Positions 15,218 to 24,000 of a stretch of DNA of 24,000 bases are shown piece by piece. This DNA is from Nitrospira tepida (GTDB lineage: Bacteria; Nitrospirota; Nitrospiria; Nitrospirales; Nitrospiraceae): contig NZ_OX365700.1 in NCBI RefSeq assembly GCF_947241125.1, positions 3,916,461 to 3,940,460 on the forward strand, given 5' to 3'. Numbering within the stretch: the stretch's first letter is position 1; each line of letters starts with the position of its first letter. The notes beneath the pieces were generated by a model. It saw only the letters and a program-made list of their open reading frames with translations. It was not told the origin of the DNA and searched no databases. The translations under genes and the position numbers were made by a program.

Positions 15218-16891
15218 TCACCTCAGGCCGCGGATCTCTCCTGTTTCATGGTCCAGGCTGATTCCTTCACCAGCCGGCACCTTCGGCAACCCCGGCATCA
15301 GTTGCATGCCCGAACAGACCGCGGTCAGAAAGCCCGCGCCGGAAAGAATGCGCACTTCTTTGATGGGAATCGTAAACCCCGTAGGTCGACCTTTCAGCAA
15401 TGGGTCGTGAGACAGCGAAAGCGGCGTCTTGGCCATACAAATGGGCAGATGGCTGAACCCCAACTGTGTCGCACGCTCGATATCCCGCTCCGCCTGCGGG
15501 TCGTAGGCGACCTGTCCTGCTCCGTACATGCTCGTGGCAATCGCATGAATCTTGCCCTTGATCGTGTCCGTGTCCTTGTAGAGGGGTGTATAGCGGACCG
15601 GTTGATCAGCCACTCTGATGACGGTCTGTGCGAGATCCGATGCGCCTTTCCCGCCTTCCTGGAAGTGAGTTGACACGGATGCACCGGCCGCGCCCAGGTC
15701 GAGCGCGCGTGTCCTTACCCACTCCAACTCGTCCCCGGAATCTTCCGGAAAGGCATTCACAGCCACCACGACGGGGACCCCGTACGTCCGGATGTTGGCG
15801 ATGTGTTGAGCGAGATTGTCCAGCCCTTTTTCTAGGGCTTGCCGGTTGGGGTCTGTGAGACTCGCCGGTAACGGGCGACCGGGCTTCACTGTCCCTCCCC
15901 CTCCGTGGAGCTTCAACGCTCGCAAGGTTGCAACCACCACCGCGGCATTGGGGACCAATCCTGAAACTCTGCATTTGATATTGAAAAACTTTTCTGCTCC
16001 CAGGTCGCTCCCAAAGCCTGCTTCGGTCACCACATAATCCGCATGGCGCAACGCGATTTCATCGGCCAGCACGGAACAATTTCCATGTGCGATATTCCCA
16101 AACGGCCCCGCATGAACCAGCGCGGGAGTTCCTTCCGAAGTTTGAACAAGATTCGGGAGAAGCGCCTCTTGAAGGAGCACTTCCATGGCGCCCGCACAAC
16201 GAAGGTCTTCCGCAAACACGGGCTTCCCACTCGTCGTCATACCAACGAAGATACGGCCCAGCCGTTGGCGAAGGTCCGATCGATCTCTGGCAAGAGCCAG
16301 GATGGCCATGACCTCTGATGCTTCTGTAATGACAAACTGCGCTTCCCGTCCTTTGACCTGATTATGTCCAGGAACAGTGACATGTCGAAGAGCTCGATCG
16401 CTGATCGCCATCGCCCTCGGCCACGTGATCGACCGAGGATCGAGCGACAGCTCATTCCCATGAAACAAATGATTGTCGGTAAACGCGGCGAGGAGATTGT
16501 GGCTGGCGGCAACCGCATAGGCATCGCCCGTCAGGTGGAGATTGATATCGTGCATGGGCTCAAGTTGGGCCTTTCCTCCGCCGGTACCGCCTCCCTTGAT
16601 CCCAAAGACCGGTCCAAGCGAAGGCTGTCGAAGCGTCACCACAGCTCTTTGACCCATGTCACAAAGTCCCATCGCCAATCCGATCGCCGTGGTCGTCTTC
16701 CCTTCGCCCAACGGGGTCGGATTGATGGCTGTTACCAACACATATCGAGCACCAGACGAACGCGGCTTCTGCTGCGCGACCTCTAGCCGAACTTTGGCTT
16801 TTCCGATTCCATAAGGGATCCAATCTCCCTGTTGGAGTCCCATCTCGTGAGCAACTTCAGAGATCTCCTTGGAAATATGAGACATCGTCAT
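15218..16891 (-). CDS. fhs: formate--tetrahydrofolate ligase
   Basis: YVLVTAINPTPLGEGKTTTAIGLAMGL...RQPSLGPVFGIKGGGTGGGKAQLEPMHDINLHLTGD...HGGGGTVKPG are Fhs signatures. Confidence 0.98.
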   Translation of the reverse strand: MTMSHISKEISEVAHEMGLQQGDWIPYGIGKAKVRLEVAQQKPRSSGARYVLVTAINPTPLGEGKTTTAIGLAMGLCDMGQRAVVTLRQPSLGPVFGIKGGGTGGGKAQLEPMHDINLHLTGDAYAVAASHNLLAAFTDNHLFHGNELSLDPRSITWPRAMAISDRALRHVTVPGHNQVKGREAQFVITEASEVMAILALARDRSDLRQRLGRIFVGMTTSGKPVFAEDLRCAGAMEVLLQEALLPNLVQTSEGTPALVHAGPFGNIAHGNCSVLADEIALRHADYVVTEAGFGSDLGAEKFFNIKCRVSGLVPNAAVVVATLRALKLHGGGGTVKPGRPLPASLTDPNRQALEKGLDNLAQHIANIRTYGVPVVVAVNAFPEDSGDELEWVRTRALDLGAAGASVSTHFQEGGKGASDLAQTVIRVADQPVRYTPLYKDTDTIKGKIHAIATSMYGAGQVAYDPQAERDIERATQLGFSHLPICMAKTPLSLSHDPLLKGRPTGFTIPIKEVRILSGAGFLTAVCSGMQLMPGLPKVPAGEGISLDHETGEIRGLR

Positions 16892-17129
16892 TTCCTCACC
16901 GGTCTTATGAGCTATCGTTTCAAGCGGGTACGGGTTGTATGAGTTGTATAAGAGGAATGCACCAAGGATTTCTGTGAATCAGTCTCGCTGACAGCAGACA
17001 AACCGTGTTTATGCGAAATCCTGACCGCACATGCATGCTCTACAAGTGGGCAGTTCCGAAGAAGGGAAACCAGGAAATCCTTGAGTTCTTGCACTGGCCA
17101 GAGAGAGGAGGGAACCAGAGAAGAGTAAA

Positions 17130-18158
17130 CTAATCCAGAATATACTTGTTAGGGTCAATGGCCTGACCATTGACCTTGACCATGTAATGCAGATGAGGTC
17201 CCGTTGATAACCCTGTGCTGCCGACAAGCGCGATCACATCTCCCCGTTTTACACGCTGTCCCTCTTTAACCAAGGCTTTCGCCAGATGCCCGTAGACCGT
17301 TTCGACTCCATATCCATGATCAAGGCGAACCAAATTCCCCATCTTCGCATCGTGCCCGGTCATGGTGACACGACCGGCAGCCGGAGCCTGTATCGGAGCA
17401 TTGGGGGCCGCACCGATATCAAGCCCGTCGTGCCATCCTGGCTTCTCGGTGAACGGGGAGATTCGCGGTCCAAACCCGGATGTCACCCACCCACGGACCG
17501 GCCAGATAGAAGGAGTCGAGGCCCACCGGAAAGACCGCTGCTCCGCCGCCTGTGAAAGTTCCTGGAGAGTCCGCTCTTGAACGGATGCCTCCGCGGCAAG
17601 ACGCTCAATCTCTTGTTTCACGCGGTTTACTAACTGTTCTTGGGGGGTATCGTCGGAAATTGCAGAGGACCGAACTATACTCGACTCCGCTTTGCCGCTA
17701 TCGAGCACGGAATTGGAGAGAGCCCTCTCTCCTAATGCGGAATTTGAATCCTCAATCTCACCATCTGAAGATTCACCCATTGGTTCGGCATCACCACCCT
17801 GGCCGTTCATGAGATCTCCCGGCTTCACCTCCTCAATTCCTAGCATTACACGAAGCCGTTGATTGATCTCCCTCATCGCCGTCAGTCGACGCTTGAGGTC
17901 GTCCACGGCAGTGGAAAAAGCGGCGGTTTGGGCTCGAGCGCTCAGCGCCTCGGACCGAAAGGCGGCTAGCTCCCAGACCTCTCCGGTTCTGACAATGTAG
18001 TGGGAGATAACCAGGAGATCGGCTACCAAGAGGATCAAGCCGACAATCAAGGCCTTCTGGACGAATTTTCGGGGGAAATTAAAGCGAAGCGGCTTTGCCG
18101 TGGACCCTCGAAAAATAACCACCGTATAAGAGTCGCTCTGATCGCTACTGTGGCCCAT
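17130..18158 (-). CDS. M23 family metallopeptidase with N-terminal TM segment
   Basis: MGHSSDQSDSYTVVIFRG start. C-terminal WPVRGWVTSGFGPRISPFTEKPGWHDGLDIGAAPNAPIQAPAAGRV...YGHLAKAL...STGPHLHYMV is an LytM/M23 domain. Confidence 0.95.
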   Translation of the reverse strand: MGHSSDQSDSYTVVIFRGSTAKPLRFNFPRKFVQKALIVGLILLVADLLVISHYIVRTGEVWELAAFRSEALSARAQTAAFSTAVDDLKRRLTAMREINQRLRVMLGIEEVKPGDLMNGQGGDAEPMGESSDGEIEDSNSALGERALSNSVLDSGKAESSIVRSSAISDDTPQEQLVNRVKQEIERLAAEASVQERTLQELSQAAEQRSFRWASTPSIWPVRGWVTSGFGPRISPFTEKPGWHDGLDIGAAPNAPIQAPAAGRVTMTGHDAKMGNLVRLDHGYGVETVYGHLAKALVKEGQRVKRGDVIALVGSTGLSTGPHLHYMVKVNGQAIDPNKYILD

Positions 18159-18273
18159 GTGATGAATCCATAAGTTCTTGCCAGAAAACTCTTCACATTC
18201 TTTGAGGAGTCTAGCTAACCAATCCCAACCGGTCAATGTAAAAGTTCGCGCAATTTTTCGTCTTTAAAACCGG

Positions 18274-18588
18274 CTACTTACGAACTGAGCTTCTGACCCA
18301 ATCAAGATAGTCGGGAAGGCCCTTCGTGATGGATACTGCCACTATCTCTGGGACAGCATAGCTATGGAGTCCCTTAATTCTCTTCTGCAACCTTTCATAA
18401 CAGCGGGCGGTGGTCTTGATCATCATCAATGACTCCGCGCTTTCCTGTATTTTCCCATTCCATCGATAGAGCGACTGACATGTGCCGAGGATCGTGACAC
18501 AAGCGGCCAGTTGCTCACTGATCACCGCTTTTCCGATCCTCTTTGCCACCCAGGCCGATTTAGTTGTAACAAAAACAATGACTTCCAT
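18274..18588 (-). CDS. cutA: divalent-cation tolerance protein CutA
   Basis: MEVIVFVTTKSAWVAKRIGKAVISEQLAACVTILGTCQSLYRWNGKIQESAESLMMIKTTARCYERLQKRIKGLHSYAVPEIVAVSITKGLPDYLDWV. Confidence 0.94.
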   Translation of the reverse strand: MEVIVFVTTKSAWVAKRIGKAVISEQLAACVTILGTCQSLYRWNGKIQESAESLMMIKTTARCYERLQKRIKGLHSYAVPEIVAVSITKGLPDYLDWVRSSVRK

Positions 18589-18738
18589 ACTCTGTCTCAC
18601 AACGGCCTCCCCAGGCCCGATACCAATCGAAGTACTGTCCGCAAATTCCGGGAGTTGACACGATCTGCCACACCTCCCTATTGTTAACAAAAAACCACGG
18701 CCTATGTCTCTAAGCTTTTGCCAACCGGAGGAGATGTT

Positions 18739-19062
18739 ATGGGCTTTACGATTACGCCGCGAGAACTAAAGGAGCAGCTCGATAAAGGGAACAAGCCGGT
18801 CTTGTTGGATGTGCGGGAACCCTGGGAATATTCCTTGGCCAAGCTTGAGGGGTCCCTCCTCATTCCGCTTGGGACACTGCCGCATTCGTTGGATCAACTA
18901 GATCGGAATGCCGAGATCATCGCCTACTGTCATCACGGCATGAGAAGCGCCGACGCGACGAGTTTCCTGCTCCAGCAGGGGTTTGCCAACGTAAAGAATC
19001 TCATCGGGGGAATCGATGCGTGGAGTGTTCAGGTGGACGCCTCTGTTCCGCGCTATCGATAA
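18739..19062 (+). CDS. rhodanese-like domain protein
   Basis: LLDVREPWEYSLAKLEGSLLIPLGTL...IIAYCHHGMRSADATSFLLQQGFANVKNLIGGIDAW, with active-site Cys in CHHGMRS. Confidence 0.94.
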   Translation: MGFTITPRELKEQLDKGNKPVLLDVREPWEYSLAKLEGSLLIPLGTLPHSLDQLDRNAEIIAYCHHGMRSADATSFLLQQGFANVKNLIGGIDAWSVQVDASVPRYR

Positions 19063-19097
19063 TGGCACCTGAACGGCGAGGATTGTTCCGGAGTTCG

Positions 19098-20021
19098 CTA
19101 CCTCAATCGCCCGCTGAAATACTCGACAGTCTTGCGCAGGCCATCGGACAGGCCGACTTTAGGTTCCCATCCTAATTGCTGGCGGAGCTTGGTTGCGTCG
19201 ATGGTGCTCCGCAACTGTTCACCCTTTTTCGCGGGGCCATGTACCTCCTTGCAGTCCGATTTCGTCAGTTCTTTGAGGATGGCAAAGAGTTCATTCACCG
19301 TCGTTTCCGAAGACGTGCCCACATTGAACACGCCTTCGATTCCCTGGCCCATGACCAATAGATTGGCCTCGACGACGTCCTCCACAAAAACGAAATCCCG
19401 CGTTTGCCGTCCGTTTCCATTGATCACCGGCTGCTCTCCTGTCAACATCTTCTGAATAAAAATCGCGACGACTCCCGCTTCGCCCTCAGGATCTTGCCGA
19501 GGCCCGTATACATTGGCAAAGCGCAGGCTGACGGCCTGGATGCCGCTGGCGCGCTGGTAGTACGACAGATAATGCTCGCCGCTGAGCTTGCTGATTCCGT
19601 ACGGCGACAAGGGCCGGGTGGGATGCGATTCAGGAGCGGGGAAAATGTCCTGTTCGCCATAAATGGCCCCTCCGGATGAGGCGAACACCACTTTCCTTGC
19701 GCCGTGTCGGGCGGCCTGTTCTATCACGTTCAAGGTGCCTAGAATATTGACGCTCGCATCGAACATCGGATCGTCGACGGAACGCCGCACGTTCATCTGA
19801 GCCGCGAGATGCATGATGACCGATGGACGTTCATTGCGAAACACCCGCTCCAATCGGGAACTTTGGATGTCCGCTTTATAGAAGGTTGCCGCACGATTCA
19901 CGTTCTTTCGCTTCCCCGTCGACAAGTTGTCCACAACCACGACATCATGGCCTTCTTGAACCAGCCGATCGACGAGATGAGACCCGATAAACCCCGCCCC
20001 CCCTGTCACCAAAACCTTCAT
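19098..20021 (-). CDS. NAD-dependent epimerase/dehydratase (UDP-glucose 4-epimerase-like)
   Basis: MKVLVTGGAGFIGSHLVDRLVQEGHDVVVVDNLSTG and YGISKLSGEHY are extended SDR signatures. Confidence 0.95.
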   Translation of the reverse strand: MKVLVTGGAGFIGSHLVDRLVQEGHDVVVVDNLSTGKRKNVNRAATFYKADIQSSRLERVFRNERPSVIMHLAAQMNVRRSVDDPMFDASVNILGTLNVIEQAARHGARKVVFASSGGAIYGEQDIFPAPESHPTRPLSPYGISKLSGEHYLSYYQRASGIQAVSLRFANVYGPRQDPEGEAGVVAIFIQKMLTGEQPVINGNGRQTRDFVFVEDVVEANLLVMGQGIEGVFNVGTSSETTVNELFAILKELTKSDCKEVHGPAKKGEQLRSTIDATKLRQQLGWEPKVGLSDGLRKTVEYFSGRLR

Positions 20022-20022
20022 G

Positions 20023-20871
20023 TCAACCTCTCACCTCATGCCCCGATGATCCAAGTCGCCCGGACCCATCTCGACCTTCCATAACCGATTGGTCACATCT
20101 ACCTCCACCCCATCTCCAGCCAACCAAGAATTCTCTGTTCCCCTTCTGGCCGGCAATGGGAGAATCGAGGCTTGACACATAGGTTAGACCACAGCCCTGT
20201 GCAAATGTCACGATCTTTTCGAGAACGGCCTGACGCTGGCCCTCTTGACGAACAATCCCACCCCGGCCGACCTGCCCTTTCCCCACCTCGAACTGGGGCT
20301 TGACCAGCGCAACCAGCCAGGCACCGCCAGCGAGGTAGTGGACGACAACCGGGAGGACGAGTGTCAACGAAATAAACGAGACATCGACCACGGCAATGTG
20401 GATTGGCTCCGGGATACGATCAGGAGAGAGATACCGAATGTTTTGACGATCGATGACGACAACACGATGGTCCTGGCGAAGCGACCAAGCCAGTTGCCCG
20501 TATCCGACATCTACCGCATAAACACGCGCGACGCCTCGACGCAGCAGACAATCCGTAAACCCTCCCGTTGACGCACCGACGTCCATGGCGATCCAGCCCG
20601 TCGGGATGATTCCAAACGCATCGAGCGCCACCGCCAATTTCTCTCCGCTTCGGCTGACATAGCAGGTTTCTCGCTTCGTCAACTCGATGGACTCATCTGC
20701 GCGAACAAGGGTCGCCGGCTTGTCGATCACTTTTCCTGCGATACGAACCGTTCCCGCCATGATCAACCGAACCGCCTGTTCTCGGCTCCGTGCGAGACCG
20801 CTTCGGACCAACACCAAGTCCAACCGCTCGCGAGGCAACTCTCGGGGCGAATTCTTACCGATCGATGGCAC
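20023..20871 (-). CDS. tlyA: TlyA family RNA methyltransferase/hemolysin-like protein
   Basis: S4 domain RLDLVLVRSGLARSREQAVRLIMAGTVRIAG, plus DVGASTGGFTDCLLRRGVARVYAVDVGYGQLAWSLRQD. Confidence 0.95.
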   Translation of the reverse strand: MPSIGKNSPRELPRERLDLVLVRSGLARSREQAVRLIMAGTVRIAGKVIDKPATLVRADESIELTKRETCYVSRSGEKLAVALDAFGIIPTGWIAMDVGASTGGFTDCLLRRGVARVYAVDVGYGQLAWSLRQDHRVVVIDRQNIRYLSPDRIPEPIHIAVVDVSFISLTLVLPVVVHYLAGGAWLVALVKPQFEVGKGQVGRGGIVRQEGQRQAVLEKIVTFAQGCGLTYVSSLDSPIAGQKGNREFLVGWRWGGGRCDQSVMEGRDGSGRLGSSGHEVRG

Positions 20872-20901
20872 GGTGGGGACGGGCGAGGTCGATTGAAAAT
20901 C

Positions 20902-21159
20902 TTAGGAAAGTGACGATGGCTGATCGCCATCCATGTCGTCTAATGTTACGGCACGCAAGCTCCGTTTTCCGTCTCGATCCTGCACAAGGATTTCCACTTT
21001 CCGCTCGGCCTCATTGAGCATCTTCAGACAGGTTTTCGACAAGCGGATGCCTTCCTCGAAGATCTTCAGAGATTCATCAAGCGGGAGTTCGCCCCGCTCC
21101 AGTTCTTCGACGATGGTTTCAAGCCGAGCCATCGCTTGCTCAAATTTCACAGCCGCCAC
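20902..21159 (-). CDS. xseB: exodeoxyribonuclease VII small subunit
   Basis: FEQAMARLETIVEELERGELPLDESLKIFEEGIRLSKTCLKMLNEAERKVEIL. Confidence 0.96.
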   Translation of the reverse strand: MAAVKFEQAMARLETIVEELERGELPLDESLKIFEEGIRLSKTCLKMLNEAERKVEILVQDRDGKRSLRAVTLDDMDGDQPSSLS

Positions 21160-21213
21160 AATGTTCCTCCTGAAGCAACTCTCGCGTCATTATTGCGCCC
21201 GGCCTGACGGAGG

Positions 21214-22611
21214 TCAAGCCGAGTCAGGGCCGCCATGAATTTCGCGAACTTGACACAGGAGATGGCCGACGGCGACCCTAGCCTTGATTATCTGCCCCAC
21301 TCGAACCTGATCGGCGCGCCACACCACCTGCCCCTGCGGCAGAGTTTGCAACACGCTGAAACCTCGCTGCAAAGTGGCCAACGGACTGAGGCTGTGAAGT
21401 TGCCCCAGAAGACGCGCCAGTGGGTGCCGCCGCTTCGACAGGAACACGTTCACATGATCCCTGAGCCGGACTTGCAAATGGGTCACCTTCAGGACCGAGG
21501 CGCGGACAGTCTGGTGCGGACCATAAGCCAATATCCCATAGGAAAGCTTCTGGAGTCGGTGCCGTCGATCGGACTGATCACGAACCACCTTCGACTGCAA
21601 GCGAGACCAGGCATCATCAAGCCGCTGGGCGTGACGATAGACGGGGAACGCCCGTTCCCGCAGGCGCCCTTCGATGACCAGGCAGGACCGCCGAGCCAAG
21701 TCGATGCGATGCCGCATGGCCCTGCGCAGCCTGACCGAACGGTCCCCGATCTGCGTCAGCAACTCATCCAGGACCGGCACGACTGCTTCCGCCGCTGCAG
21801 ACGGGGTCGGGGCGCGACAGTCCGCAGCAAAATCCGCCAATGTCACGTCCGTTTCATGCCCGACGGCCGACACCACCGGCACGGAAGAAGCGACAATGGC
21901 TCGCACGACCCGCTCGTCATTAAAGCACCACAGGTCTTCGAGCGACCCCCCGCCGCGCCCCACAATCATCACGTCGATCAATTGAGAGGCACCTAACGCC
22001 GCAATGGCCTCCGCGATCAATGGGGCCGCGTCCGCTCCTTGAACCGGCACCGGCGCCACGACGATATGCGCAATAGGACAGCGCCGCTCCATCACCACGA
22101 GCATGTCATGGAGCGCGGCCCCCGCCAGCGAGGACACGATGCCGACACGCTTTGGCAGAAACGGGAGCGGACGTTTCTTGGTCGAGTCGAACAGGCCTTC
22201 ACCGGCCAATCGCTCTTTCAGTTGTTCAAAGGCAAGCTGGAGCGCCCCGATGCCTTTCGGCTCCGCATACTCCACCACCACCTGATAGTCGCCCCGCGGT
22301 TCGTAGACCGACAGCCGTCCGCGCACGATCACATGCAGCCCTTCGCGCAGGTCGAACCGAAGCTGTTGCGCAGCCAGGCGGAAGAGAATCGCCCGAATCT
22401 GGCTGGCCTCATCCTTGAGGGTAAAGTACACATGGCCCGAGGCCGGCATCCGCACGTTGGACACCTCCCCTTCAAGCCAAATGTCTCGGAAGGGTTCTTC
22501 CAGGTGGGAACGAATCAACGCCGTGAGCGCGGAGACCGTCAGAATGCGGGCGCGCGTCTCGGGCTGAAACAACGATGGTTGGTGAGATGATGGCGACAGT
22601 CGCGTGCTCAT
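21214..22611 (-). CDS. xseA: exodeoxyribonuclease VII large subunit
   Basis: ILTVSALTALIRSHLEEPFRDIWLEGEVSNVRMPASGHVYFTLKDEASQIRAILFR...VGIVSSLAGAALHDML...GRGGGSLEDLWCFNDERVVRAI. It overlaps the upstream gene by ATGA. Confidence 0.97.
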   Translation of the reverse strand: MSTRLSPSSHQPSLFQPETRARILTVSALTALIRSHLEEPFRDIWLEGEVSNVRMPASGHVYFTLKDEASQIRAILFRLAAQQLRFDLREGLHVIVRGRLSVYEPRGDYQVVVEYAEPKGIGALQLAFEQLKERLAGEGLFDSTKKRPLPFLPKRVGIVSSLAGAALHDMLVVMERRCPIAHIVVAPVPVQGADAAPLIAEAIAALGASQLIDVMIVGRGGGSLEDLWCFNDERVVRAIVASSVPVVSAVGHETDVTLADFAADCRAPTPSAAAEAVVPVLDELLTQIGDRSVRLRRAMRHRIDLARRSCLVIEGRLRERAFPVYRHAQRLDDAWSRLQSKVVRDQSDRRHRLQKLSYGILAYGPHQTVRASVLKVTHLQVRLRDHVNVFLSKRRHPLARLLGQLHSLSPLATLQRGFSVLQTLPQGQVVWRADQVRVGQIIKARVAVGHLLCQVREIHGGPDSA

Positions 22612-23387
22612 TCGCTGAGCCGGAAGCGTTCGATCCGAAGGGCTTTCCCCAGACGGCCGTCCAACTCGACCAAGACTGCACAGAAAATGGCCGGACCGCC
22701 GGCCACTTCAAAGCGCCTTGGCATCTGCGTCAGGAACTTCTCGATCGCCATTTCCTTCTTGATGCCGATGACCGAATGGATCGGCCCCGTCATCCCGATG
22801 TCCGTAATATAGGCCGTTCCCTTGGGCAAGATCTGCTCATCCGCCGTCTGAACGTGGGTATGAGTCCCCACCACCGCGGTCACGCTCCCGTCTAGATAAT
22901 ATCCCATGGCCATTTTTTCAGATGTGGCCTCGGCATGCATATCGACCAACACCGCGGGAGTCTCCTGCTTGAGCCGAGCGACCTCGCGCTGACCGACCTG
23001 AAAGGGACAATCGATCGTCGGGAGAAACGTTCGCCCCATCAGATGAAGAATCGCCACCTTCTCGCCACCCGGGGTCTCGACGATCACGGCCCCTGAGCCC
23101 GGAACGCCAGGCGGGTAATTGGCCGGGCGGAGGAGCCGCCGCTCGGTCTTAAAATAGTCCAGGATTTCCTTCTTGTCCCAGGCGTGGTTCCCGGTCGTGA
23201 TCACGGAGACGCCGACTTCAAACAATTCGTCGGCCAAGTCCGGCGTGATGCCGAACCCGCCGGCCGCATTCTCCGCGTTCGCCACCACCAGGTCGATCCC
23301 CTGTTGCCCGATAAGCTTGGGCAGGCAGCGGAGCACGGCCCGCCGGCCCGGCTCTCCCATGATGTCTCCGATGAGAAGAACTTTCAT
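22608..23387 (-). CDS. YmdB-like metallophosphoesterase (TIGR00282 type)
   Basis: MKVLLIGDIMGEPGRRAVLRCLPKLIGQQGIDLVVANAENAAGGFGITPDLADELFEVGVSVITTGNHAWDKKE. Confidence 0.95.
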   Translation of the reverse strand: MKVLLIGDIMGEPGRRAVLRCLPKLIGQQGIDLVVANAENAAGGFGITPDLADELFEVGVSVITTGNHAWDKKEILDYFKTERRLLRPANYPPGVPGSGAVIVETPGGEKVAILHLMGRTFLPTIDCPFQVGQREVARLKQETPAVLVDMHAEATSEKMAMGYYLDGSVTAVVGTHTHVQTADEQILPKGTAYITDIGMTGPIHSVIGIKKEMAIEKFLTQMPRRFEVAGGPAIFCAVLVELDGRLGKALRIERFRLSE

Positions 23388-23486
23388 GCTGCACAGTCCT
23401 CTCCGCGAACGGGAACTCTTGTGCGCCGGCCACATGCTATGGATTGTGGCCGGCGCGCAGACAGACGCCACAACAGGAAGACGGCG

Positions 23487-24000
23487 CTATTTGGCATATT
23501 CGACATACCGGCTTTCCCGGATCACCGTCACCTTGATCTGGCCCGGATAGGTCAGTTCCTGCTCGATCTTCTTCGCCAGCTCCCGTGAGAGCTGGAAGGC
23601 CTCGCTGTCCGACAGATCTTCCTGCTTGACGATCACGCGAATCTCGCGACCGGCCTGGATGGCATAGGCCTTTTGGACGCCGCGCTGCCCCACCGCCAAG
23701 GATTCCAGCTTCTCCAGCCGCTTCACATAGGATTCCAGCGCCTCCCGCCGGGCCCCGGGCCTGGCGGCGGACAGCGCCTCCGCCGACGCCACCAGCACGG
23801 TTTCCGGACAAATCGGCTCCACCTGCTCGTGATGGGCCGCGATGGCGTTGACCACTTTTTCGCTTTCGCCGTATCGCTTGGCGATCTCGGCCCCCAGCAT
23901 CGCGTGCGGCCCCTCCTCCTCATGGCTGACCGCCTTTCCGATGTCATGAAGCAAGGCGCCGCGCTTGGCCAACTTTACGTCCAGCCCCAATTCGGAAGCC
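23487..24000 (-). CDS. rny: ribonuclease Y, C-terminal part (gene continues beyond window)
   Basis: [62 protein letters not shown]...[18 protein letters not shown]...[27 protein letters not shown]. The frame stays open to base 24000. Confidence 0.96.
   Translation of the reverse strand, partial: ASELGLDVKLAKRGALLHDIGKAVSHEEEGPHAMLGAEIAKRYGESEKVVNAIAAHHEQVEPICPETVLVASAEALSAARPGARREALESYVKRLEKLESLAVGQRGVQKAYAIQAGREIRVIVKQEDLSDSEAFQLSRELAKKIEQELTYPGQIKVTVIRESRYVEYAK

Noticed and set aside
16912-17094. 60-aa minus-strand ORF (GTG start) between the M23 peptidase and fhs genes
   Set aside because: Short, with no recognisable family, no clear conservation evidence, and a weak start codon.

Overview
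This 24 kb window is GC-rich and reads as a bacterial chromosome segment. The gene content and order suggest a Nitrospira-like organism, but that is inference only. The left third (about 0.3-6.7 kb) is an accessory patchwork. It holds a partial bufferin-type (DUF2282/BufA1-like) gene on the minus strand at the left edge, a YkvA/DUF1232 protein, an AhpD/CMD-like protein, a frameshifted tautomerase, and a CBS-domain gene carrying a 210-bp MITE-like insertion. It also holds an IS1182-type element whose transposase frame is broken by one in-frame TAG, two further palindrome-bearing short repeats, two tiny zinc-ribbon genes and a frameshifted DsrE-like gene. The middle (6.7-13.2 kb) has a compact MerR / CMD / DsrE-like operon. 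A predicted arsenic-biosynthesis operon follows: an arsM-like methyltransferase, an arsS-like radical SAM/Cys-rich protein, a PiT-family permease and an outer-membrane beta-barrel-like protein. The right part (13.3-24 kb) is core-like: hflK, hflC, fhs, an M23 peptidase, cutA, a rhodanese, an NAD-dependent epimerase, tlyA, xseB, xseA, a YmdB-like phosphoesterase and partial rny. The strongest signals for a second look are the arsM-arsS-PiT operon and the family of short repeats sharing a 27-nt palindrome core. One of these repeats lies inside the CBS gene with IS1182-like ends and a CCAG target duplication. Another is itself interrupted by the IS at CTAG. No CRISPR array, rRNA or tRNA was recognised.
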